A program made the translations under genes and the position numbers. Positions 39,801 to 50,900 of a stretch of DNA of 64,000 bases are shown one piece after another. Position 1 is the stretch's first letter. Each line of letters starts with the position of its first letter. This DNA is from Tubulanus polymorphus (lineage: Eukaryota > Animalia > Nemertea). Location of the stretch: positions 15,198,655 to 15,262,654 of the forward strand of contig NC_134033.1 in the NCBI RefSeq assembly GCF_964204645.1, in the 5' to 3' direction. The notes under the pieces are model-generated. The model did no database searches, had not been told where the DNA came from, and saw only the letters and a list, made by a program, of their open reading frames with translations.

Positions 39801-41857
39801 CAAAATTAAGTCAAATATATTGAATTAGGTATAATTTGACTACTGGATATACAGTCTTACTCTTGTCATGTAGAATCCCTAAACTACGAATGGAAAATTC
39901 AGATGATATGTATTTTTCGATGTTACCTTTCGCTGGATTTGAAGTGAAGAATTTCATCATAATGGGTTGAATGCGTGGAAGTCTCCACAATAGAAAGACG
40001 CCGGCATTTAAACCTATGATCGTCGATACTACTTTAACACCGGGACTCATCTGATTCCAGTGCATGTTTATCTACAATACATAGAAAACAAGGATATCGA
40101 TTCAAACTTAAAATCTAGATAAGTCTTCAAGTTAGAGTTAGTCAGTTAATTATTCAGATCATCTTCAAATAGTCAACTACAAGAGCCATTCTAACTGACA
40201 CAACTGTGGAAATGGATCCAGTCAAGTTAAGCCCACACAACTGTGGAACTAGATCTACAGTGAAATTAAATCCACATAGATTTACTAGTTGAACTGGGTC
40301 AAGAGTGGAATTAAACCCACACAACTTTTGAACTGGGTCCGGAATCTACCTCAACACGTAGCCAGATGCTCAAAAGTTAGTTAAAGATAACCGGTTGATT
40401 GTTACAATAGAATTACAATTGTCACTATATCAACTATCCACCGACGACTGGCAAAATCTAACCAAATTTTGAGCAAGGTGCCCCAGAACTATGGAACTGG
40501 AACCCAAACAACTGTGGAACTAGATCTAGAGTCAAATCAAACCAACACAACTGTGGTACTAGGTCCAGAGTCAAATCGAACCCCACGCAACTGTGGTACT
40601 GGGCCCAGAGTCAAATCAAACGCGCACAACTCTGGAACTGAGTTCAGTCACATAAATTAAAACCACACAATGTGGAACTGAGTTTTGAGCAACGTGCCCC
40701 AGAACTATATGGAACTGTGACCATATTTTCAAACTCGTCGATTATGCCCGTGTTTTATGAAGTATTTACCTGTTGTCTGATAGAACCAGCTTTACCGAAC
40801 GGATGATGAAACGCTCTGTGCATCAAACGTCTCGAATCTTGTCGTAAATTCTCGTATTGCCAGATCATACAACCTCCAAAACTGCACGCTCCAACCTGGG
40901 CAAAAAAAAAAGAAGAAAACATCGTAATTGCTTTACGATCTCGAAAGGGCGCTAGGTACAGTTACCAGGGGAACACTACAACAATACGATGAGACGTCAA
41001 CATTTTAACGGTGGCTGGTTGACAAAGGTGATTTTCTAGAAAAATCGCTGAAGAAAATTGATTTACCGCTATTCTCGTAAGCGGTAAGCATTTATAAATC
41101 GGATGGGCTTTAAACAAACTTGTGGTTAGTGAAAATATCCGATCGCGAAACTAAACCACAGACAGGTTACTGACTCTAGGGGTAACAGTATTTTTTTCGC
41201 GAGATGTTCACTTACCGCGACTGTGAACCCGAACGGTTTCAGTAGATTACGATAAGTTAATTCCCCGTTAGGTTTTATTTCCTGTTCGGGAGCAAGACGA
41301 GATTTCTGAGTGATGCTTCGACGTTTTAACGTTCTTACCACCGTGTTGTTGCTCGGCGACAGCACATTGTTGCCGGCCGATGACGACGGCGGTCGAAGGA
41401 AATTGCGATAAAATCCACATCTGTCGAAAAAAAACAGGAATAAAGTTAACAAAATCTCAGCGATTTTACGAAAAGCGGAAAAACTATGTAATCAGCGGAA
41501 TTCAGACTTTTTAGAAAGGAGTTTCAATTTCATCGGGTTGCAGTTATAAAAGTGGCTGGTTCGATCTAAATCACCGAATACTTGGCGGCCACATTTTTTT
41601 GTGTCAGGAGTAGCAATATACACTTGGCAGTAAGGACAAGGTTCTTATTAAAATTTCAATATGGACAATAAAATTAATTGGATTTGTATTGATTTAAATG
41701 TTTCGTCAGTCATCTTTTAACGAAATTGAACAGAAATTCAAGCGTAATTCGGCGAAAAGCTCTATTTTATTCAAATTCATGTTTTAATCGGGTTGTTTAA
41801 CGCTCACCTGGCCGTGAAAGCGCAGTTTTTAGCGAGTTGTAACGCGAGAAGAGTCAT
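36884..41857 (-). CDS. PARL: Presenilin-associated rhomboid-like mitochondrial intramembrane serine protease
   Basis: Minus-strand exons 41857-41808, 41420-41216, 40895-40770, 40071-39927, 39135-38986, 38312-38242, 37794-37684, 37508-37411, 36965-36884 (TAA). Motifs: [26 protein letters not shown], catalytic SLGA|SG (split by an intron), DHAAHLGG, and C-terminal [11 protein letters not shown]. The first exon ([17 protein letters not shown]) is inferred from phase and its GTGAGC donor. Confidence 0.95.
38838..38946. mobile_element. MITE family D (GATCCAGTTCCACAGTTGTGAG...CTCACAACTGTGGAACTGG), very abundant in this window
   Basis: Clean inverted termini here. Other copies or fragments at about 1820-1912, 6195-6315, 10632-10736, 12251, 13500, 18998, 21355-21440, 22320-22522, 34113-34254, 40200-40690 and 44175-44485. 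Confidence 0.75.
39131..39835 (-). repeat. Higher-order tandem array (about 44+44+34 = 122 bp) built from the PARL acceptor region
   Basis: ACTCCCTGAAAT recurs with its CT at 39136, 39180, 39302, 39424, 39590 and 39712. Confidence 0.9.
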
Positions 41858-41967
41858 TTCTGAGAACGGGGACCGGCAAGTGCTGCCCCCAATCCAATAT
41901 GGCCGCCTCCATGGATACTTTTTGAACATTTTCGAAAATCCGCGCATCGTCGATAAAATCGAATAAC
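41858..41967. promoter_or_regulatory. Putative bidirectional promoter / overlapping 5' region of PARL and TUBGCP3
   Basis: 110 bp between divergent ATGs, containing two CCAAT motifs and AATATGGCCGCC (reverse complement GGCGGCCATATT, YY1-like). Confidence 0.7.
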
Positions 41968-44900
41968 ATGACCCTGAACGATTCAACGACACCGAATTTA
42001 CTCGTCTACAAATTGTGTTCGCGGATTCTTGGTGTAAATAACGGTAACTAGTTACTGAATCCATCTTAAATTCGCTTCTTTTCTCCATTTCCCTGTGTAA
42101 CTAGATCAAATGTAAATCAAATTTTATTCACCTTCATTTCTGCTGTTCTGTTAAAAATTAAACGCACTATAGTTTGATGGATCCTAGACTTACCTCTTAA
42201 AGACTTAGAGGCATTTTCCCTCAAGTCGATCGGCCATTTTGGCATTTGAAGAACTAGTTCCGAACTCAAGTTCCATTGAGTTACGGGGCCAATATTTGGC
42301 GTCAAGGGCGACGGAATGAGAGAGAGCGAGTTAAATTGAATGGAGGAGTTTTTAACTAAACTCCTCGACAGATCCAGATGTTATCTTCCACCAATTGGTT
42401 CCACTCTAATGTGATGGCACGTCTGACAACGAAGACCCTAAACTGATATTCGTGTCACTGACTTCACGACTAATTTCTCTGAAAAACCCGAAGTTCGCCC
42501 CCCTTGAATTACCAGCCGTTATAAATTGACATCGTTTTTTCTCCGTTGTAGAAGATGCGCTGACTCCACATTTTCAATTTGCGTTAAGAATTCTTGGCAG
42601 GTAAGAATTGATGAATTGATCATCTGTGTCCCGCTCTGAGCATCAGCTAAATTTCAATGCTGAATAAACTATCGCTCATAAATGAAAACAAAAACAACTT
42701 TAGTAAAAATTGTTATTTATTTCTGAATGCAAATTCCTCACTGAACAAATTGATGGATAATATTTCGAGATCAACCGATTATTAACGAAATTACGGACCA
42801 AAACGTCGCACGGAGAGCACGTGTGACAGACAGTAGAGTGAAAGTACGATGTCGACTCTGTTTGAATAAAACTCTGTGATTATTTCAGTAATTTCTGCAC
42901 GTCTCTCGACGCTCAGGACGCGTTTCAAGTATCGGAGAAAATCAAAAGAAAATGTAAGGGTTTAAAAAAATTTTTCGCTTGGTGCGGGCGTCCAAAATCG
43001 AAAACCCCTACCTACGCTCTTTTTAAAGGGATCTAGAGTTGCAAATAGTCAAATCTATTTCCAGTCTTGTTGATGAATATCATTGAGAGAAACCCACGAT
43101 ATCAATTGAAACAGTCAACTATGATTGTTTTTTTTCTATGTTTTGAGTGATAGAAAAACCAAAAACAATTGTTTAGATTGATATGTTATATATACCACGA
43201 TATCAATTTAAACAAGTATAATTATTTCTTTTCTTACGTTTCGGGTGGAATCCTTCCACTCATCAGAGTTTATTTGAAAATGTTGTTTTAATTCATATTG
43301 TAGCTTTCTCTTAATCAGAGTTGTTTCATTTTAACCCCCGCCCCCTCAGTTTTATGTGATTCTTTCCCTCCTGCTCTAAATTTTCCATAAAATTAAGCTC
43401 GTTTTTTGTAGTGGTCCGAAAAGGGAGGAGCAAAGATGCGGCTATTTTTTCGGAATTGAACCGGAAACTCGAATCTCTCGTAAGTCGAAAATTTTACTTC
43501 AAGAATTTTTTTCAAAAAATTGTCGGGTTTTCTTTTAAGATCTCATTAATTCATTACGATTATCTTTTCTGAAAAAAATGTTTCCTATGTCTGTCGGTTA
43601 ATTACTTTTAACATCAATACACCGTGATGCGGTGTACTAGCAAATACCATCACCGATCTATACACCGCATTGCAGTGTAGACGCGCTGAAAGGGTTAAAT
43701 CATGAGAAAGTTATGTTTCCTATTTTGTAGGATATTCTGCGCAACAGAGCCGGAGTTTTGTATTTGTTAATGTCACTTTGCGATGACAAATCAGCCGATA
43801 ACAAGGTTTAAATTCGATTCTTCAATTCTTCATTCTTCAATTTAAGAAAACCGCAGAAATCGAGGTTTTTTTTAAATTTCTGATATTTTATTATTTTTCA
43901 GTCGTCTGCTAGTTTCTCGTCGACGCTTCCGTCGTTTATTCTGCCGCAGACGCCGTTTCTTCCCGTGACCTCGACCCCGTTCAACCCTGCTCAGATCGCG
44001 GCGACCCCTCGGCTACCCGTATCGGCGACTCCGGGGGCGATGCCTCCTCAGACCCCGGGCGTCGGTTTCGTCACCTCGTCGACTCTGACTAAAAGCAGCG
44101 GATTCAGTAGTTTACATCAAACTGATCCGACTCCAGCCTCATTTCATCCCAGGTAAATTTCAAATGACAAAACCTGGATCCAGTTCCACAATACAGTTCC
44201 ACAGTTCAGGACCCAGTTCCACAGATCTGGTTTTGTAGTTTGATAGTTCTTGATCCAGTTCCACACTTCTTCACTTCCACAGATCAGGACCCAGTTCCAC
44301 AGTTGTAGATCCAGTTCCACACTTCTTCACTTCCACAGATCAGGATCCAGTTCCACAGTTGTAGATCCAGTTCCACAGTTTTAGATCCGGTTACACTGTT
44401 CTTGATACAGAGTTCCACAGTTGGTGAACAAGTTCCAAATTTGGCAACTTGAACTTAACCAACATATCTGAAGAACTGGATCCTGTGTTCAATTTCGTGT
44501 TCAAACTCTAAAAAACATATAATTTACCTTTTGTTGCAGCTCAAATCTCGGTGGAGCCGGTTACCATAGCGACGGAGCTACTAACTACGGCAGCGTTCAG
44601 AGATATCTACCCACGCCCTCTATTGGCGATACAATACATAACGATCGTCGCGGCAGTTCAAGTAGTTCAACGTCGAGTCGCAGTGTACGTCAGATCAGGG
44701 ATAACAGTGAGTACCATCATGTAGTGATTACATCTCCAGTGGTTTTAAACTAATTCTCCACATCTGCTATTCTACAACCCAGTTCGAATTTCATTATTCG
44801 GGGTCTCTAGACTCCTTGATTCGTTGAAAACTCTTTCTAAACAAAAAATATTTTTCAATATTCAAATATTTTTCTTGAATATCCTTGAATTTGAGCAAAA

Positions 44901-47900
44901 GTCCTTGAAAACTCCTTGAAATTAGAGAAATTGGCAATTAGAAAATTTTTAGGTTTTTGGCTAGTTATTATACACACAGATTCAATCCACCGAAATAAAT
45001 GGTTTACCGAGATAAACAGTAATGATTTAGGAGTCAACAGTAATTGGGATATGAAAGTGATGCAGGCACTTCTCTAAATTGAAAATTTTCTCTTTGGAAA
45101 TCTGCAATGACTGATCTGTAGGGACCCTGTTATTGTAAATAAACTAATTTTCACTACATTAACCATATTGTAGTGCCATCTGGTGTGCGCCGCCAGTATC
45201 TCAGTACCGCCAGTAACTCTAATTTGGTTTTGATTGTATATTTGTAGCGTCGATGGAGTTACCGCAGAATTTGTTACTCAGAGACATCATCTTCATTTTA
45301 CAAGGAATCGAAGGACAATACATTAAAATCGATCTGGCAAAAGACGGCTACAAAATCGAATCTAAAGTGAGCGCAATAATTACTCTACTTTTATGCGAAA
45401 GTTTGCCGGGATATAGCATAGCAAGGCTTTGCGGTAGATTTGTGGTTCATTTTCAATTTAAAATGCCTCAGGCGAAGTCACGAACACATGTGAAGTTTGG
45501 AGGATCAGTTTCTGAAAGTGTACTGAAAAAATGTCTGGTGTTTGTAGTTCATTTTCAATTGAAAATGTCTCAGGTGAAGCACTGAACACATGTGAAGTGT
45601 GGACGATCATCTTTTGAAAGTGAGCTGATAAATGTCTAATGTCAGGTCTTTGTTGTTCATTTTCAATTGAAAATGTCTCAGGCAAAGTCCTGAACACATG
45701 TGAAGTGTGAATGATCAGAAATTTGATATAATGGAGATAAAGTAAATGAAATGTCTTCATATAAGGTCTTAATCTCTCTTGAGACACAGCCCCCACTGAG
45801 GATATATCTCATGATTTAATCAGGGAACAATTTTTTTGTCAAAAGTATCAGGGAATCTTAAATGATTGTTATTATTTCAGGTTGGAATCCCGAAATCGCT
45901 GCGAGTTTCGATGTTAAAACTCGTCGAATGCGGTTGGCTCCACGATAAAGTGCGTAAATACACCGACTCTCGCGTCGCTGAGAAAACATTCGGACTCGTC
46001 GGGCAGAGTTTCTGCGCCGCGTTACAACAAGAGTTAACCGAGTATTATAATCTGATCGCTGTATTCGACGCTCAGGTAGAATAGAATATTCAATTCCATT
46101 GCGGAATAGAAATAGTGGATTGATAAGAATATTGAACAGAATGATCCAAGTTCCATCTGGAATTAAATCCTTAATCTGGAAAGTTGGGAAAACTGCAGGA
46201 ATTTTGAAATAGTAATTATATCTGGTTTGTGAATATTTGACAATTTTATCTATTTAATTTCTGGGAAAAATTTGGGAAATTCATTTTACACTTGATTATT
46301 CAGTATTTACTAATGGCAACTTAAGCAATATTTCTTGAAAATCACTGTAAATAATTAGTCACCATTAAAATGGTAAAATAGAAAATTCAATTCAAAGGCC
46401 ATTGTGGAATATTAGAATATACTGAACAGAATGATCCAGGTTCCATCTGGAATTTAATCTTGAAAATGGGGAAAACTGCAGGAATTTTGAAAAAGTTAAA
46501 TTCCCCGGTTTGGGATTAATTGACAATTTGATACAGGTTCTTTTAATCCAGGAAATTCATTTTACCACTTAACACAGGTTATATACTAATGGCAACCTTT
46601 CTCCTGCAAATATTGATGTTTCTTGATGGTATCTGTTCATTTCCATTTAGCAAAATTGAACTAAAATCTGGGAATTTATGTTGGGAATCATGCCTTTCAT
46701 TAAAGGTCCTTCATTATTTGCTTTTTATTTCGAATGTGTTTTATCGTTTTCGTTAAAAAGCTTCAACAAGATCAGGACATCGGAATAGTTCAAGATGGCT
46801 GCCATTTGACGATCAGGCGTTTGAGGATATGGTTACTGGAGCCGTTAGTTCGATTGAAAACGCTCGCCGCACTCGTCGATATCTGTAAAGGAAAGAAAGG
46901 TGGCGCTCTCGCATCGGCGGTCTACTCGTACACGCAGCACGGCGATTACGATATCAGGAATATGATTAAACACACTTTAACGCTGGTCGTGCAGCCGATA
47001 TTCGCGACCTTGACCCGATGGATTTACGATGGTGAACTCGACGATCAGTTTCAAGAGGTAAATGAATGATGTCTGAAAATGACTCGTGGGGGGAAGTCAG
47101 GCTTGGGGGGAAGTCAGGCTTGGGGTTGTGGTTGGAAAGTCCGGGAATTTGTAGAAAATAGTTTGAAATCAGAGAATAATCGGGGAATTTGTAAAAAAAA
47201 GTTAGAAATCAGAGAAAAGTTTCAGAAATTTGTTGAGATCATAGTAAGTGAATTCGAGGGCAGTTTGAGTCACCGCATGAATTGGAGGAGTGTGAAAAGT
47301 TTGAAATAGCCTCTTGCCCGGAAATCAGGCAAAAGTCACAGAATTTTCTTTTCTTTTAAATAGTCAGGGAACTTTGTAAGAACAAGTTGAAAATCAGAGA
47401 AAAGTTGGGGAATTCTGTAAGCAAAAAAAAATTAGAATCAGGGTTAAGTCGGGAACTGATTGTTGAGATCGCTAGATCATGCGTAAAATCTAACAGTTTC
47501 CTTCTATGTCTTACATATTTGTTTGTGTTAATATATTGGATTCTTAGCAGATCAAGTCGGGGAAAACAATGTGCATGTCAGGGAATAGTTAGGGAAAAGG
47601 CGATTTTGCCCTAGGATGATACTGTTGGTTGCGGCTGTTGGTCTGCTGAAGATGTTGATGTTGACAAAGTTTTGTCATTGTTGTTATATTTCAGTTTTTT
47701 GTCGCGTCCGATCCGAGCGTCCGAGAAGATCGATTGTGGCACGATAAATACGGTTTACGTAAATCAATGATTCCAAGTTTTATTCAAATGGAACAAGCGA
47801 GAAAGGTAATGAACACTATTAGAAGAGTACACCTGATGATGGCTAATAGTGTTTAGCCGAAACGTTGCTCAAAATAAATCCTCTTCTATTCAAGAATTTT

Positions 47901-50900
47901 TCATCTTTGACTGAATCATTGTCGGATTTCTCTCGTCAAGCTACGATCTTATTTACTGATAATAACCTTCGTGATGATATTTTTTTGCGAGTTTCTATCC
48001 GACCGCTGTATATCGAATATTTTTTCAGATTCTACTGATCGGTAAATCGATCAACTTCCTGCGAGCCGTCTGCCGAGATCGCGAACAGGTGAAAAACCGC
48101 GACGTGGTGAAACGTTCCGAGGCTAAGAACGTCGACGCGATTTTCAATCAGGATCTGAATCACACATTCCAGAACATGGTCGACATGGTTTACAAGGAAA
48201 CCAGTTCTCATCTGTTGACCGTGTTGCACTCGAAATATAAATTCATGGATCATCTGAAAGCGATGAGACGTTATTTACTGCTCGGTCAAGGGGATTTCAT
48301 ACGGCATCTCATGGATTTATTAGAGTAAGTTCCGGTGCGGATCCGGGTACCACTGTCAAGGGTAGCACAACTTATAAAAAGGGCACGATTGATAGAACAC
48401 TATATCCGTGTTGACGCGATGTAGAGAGAATCCCACAATTATAACGAAAAAGTCCGAAAATGTAACTTCGAGATAGTAGTTTATTTCAACATTTTGACTA
48501 TATCCTGAAGATGACTATTAGGATATAGTCGAAACGTTGAAATAAACTTCTATCTCGAAGTTACATTTTCTGACTTTTTCGTTATAATTGTGGGATTCTC
48601 TCTATATAAAAAGGGCATTTTGAAATTAAAAAGGGAATTTTGAAATTAAAAAGGGCATTTTGAAATTAAAAAGGGTATTTTGCTATATTAACACGTACCG
48701 GTAACCTAAAACTGGATTCAGTTTGATGTGGATTGTTTTTCGTCGCAGGGAAGATTTAGCGAAGCCGGCCGCCAGTTTGTATCTGCACAATTTAACCGGT
48801 ATCCTAGAGACGGCGATCCGAGCGACGAACGCTCAATTCGACGACGGCGACATCCTGAAACGTCTAGACGTCCGTCTGTTGGAGGTTTCCCCCGGCGATA
48901 CCGGCTGGGATGTATTCAGTCTCGACTACCACGTCGACGGTCCTATCAGCACAGTGAGTATTAAACTTAGTCATATCTTCTCCAAATTCGAATTCCTCTC
49001 CAAAAATTGATGAGCAAATGCAATGTTTTTTTTCGGTGCCAGTTTCGTTTCACCAATTTTTATTGTGCATTTATGAAAATGAAATAAGAAAAATATGAAA
49101 TTAAAAGGCCATGCTTGAGAAAGAAAAACTAGTGCGAAAGGATTTCCTTGAGTTGATGATCTACTTCACAATGTTTCGATTTCAGCCGCGATCACACGTA
49201 GATGATTTGGCCCGTGCCTAATAAGAGATCGCGTTCACACCCAAACCACCCACTCGATAAAAAACAACGCTTAAACAAAGCGAAGTGAGTCACTTCCGGG
49301 ACCAGTTGCAATTCAAACACAAAGATTTGGAATTAGGCTCGGGCCTGGTGTGACGCTCATGTGATCACGGCTTTTATCCCTAATAGTCTACTATATGAAT
49401 ACTTATAGAATCAGTACGAAGACCGGAGTGTATTTATATTTTCTAGGTAATTTACCTGGATTGTATTTGTATTTTCTAGGTATTTACCTGGGCCCGGTTT
49501 CATAGACTGATCAAAGTTATCCCTGGGGGTAAATCCTCAATCTGGGTGACAACCACCATAGTAACAATGAGAAACCATGGTTATAACTGACAAATTTCAA
49601 AATGTTCCTAGGGACTATCTTTCTTCCATATCTATGAAACCCAGCCCTGGAGTGTATTTGTATTTTCTAGGTATTCACTCCGGAATGTATTTGTATTTTC
49701 TAGGTATTTACCTGGAGTGTATTTGTATTTTCTAGGTATTTACCTGGAGTGTATTTGTATTTTCTAGGTATTCACTCCGGAATGTATTTGTATTTTCTAG
49801 GTATTCACTCCGGAATGTATTTGTATTTTCTAGGTATTTACCTGGAGTGTATTTGTATTTTCTAGGTATTCACTCCGGAATGTATTTGTATTTTCTAGGT
49901 ATTCACTCCAGAATGTATTTGTATTTTCTAGGTATTCACTCCAGAATGTATGATCATGTATTTGCGTGTGTTCAATTTTCTATGGAGAGCTAAGCGTATG
50001 GAGTATATATTAGCCGGTGTGTGGACCGGTCAAATGTCGAATAGTCGATTTCTGAGATTACTGCCAGGTCAGTATATTAAACCATTGTAGTCCCTGCATC
50101 CAGCAGAGTTACTTTCAGCTAAACTACTTTAAGTTAAGCTAAGTTACGTTCACCCTGTTTATTAGATAGGCTTATCATAAATCTTGAAATAAAACTGGTA
50201 TTAAGAATTGAGCTGCGATGAACAAAGATCAATCTATGCTTAATTTGCTTAAAGAGTTTAAACCATTTTTGTGCACTTTATCCTGGGGTTAAATGTACAA
50301 TCATGACTAGGATTAAAGTCCAGTTTAAAACCAGTTCAGTTCTGCTGCCGATCTGACTAAGATTTAAGACCACTTTTGACTTACCAGCTAGTCACGACTG
50401 TGCAACTGGCCTCTGATTCTTAAGGGTTTAGACCATAGTTGGAGATATATTTACTGTTCTCTCTCTCCCTCTCCCTCTCCCTCTCCCTCTCCCTCTCCCT
50501 CTCCCCCTCCCTCTCCCTCTCCCTCTCCCTCACCCTCACCCTCTCCCTCTCTCTCCTCTCCCTCTCCATGCTTTGAAACTTCATTGTATTAATTTATTTT
50601 TTTGCGTTCTGTTTACAGAAATGGCACCTGTTTTACATCAATGTCACATGATCACTAGTGAAATGGTTCATTTTATTCAACAAGTTCAATATTACATCAA
50701 TTTTGAGGTACGTACAGGAAATCCATGAATCACCTCATGAATCATTCGAACTGGGCACGAGTATCGTCGCGAGTTTTGATGCTATCAGGTTCGAATCCCT
50801 GCCGGGCGAGGATGCCTTGATAACTGATTAATTTGAGATACATTTACTTTCATGTTGGAATCGTATTGGAATTGTAACGTGTATTGTAGGTATTGTAATA

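Noticed and set aside
41804-42088. 94-aa minus-strand ORF as an extended PARL N-terminus
   Set aside because: It would overlap TUBGCP3 coding exon 1 antisense. The internal ATG at 41857 gives a more plausible targeting-peptide start. Not fully excluded without 5' data.
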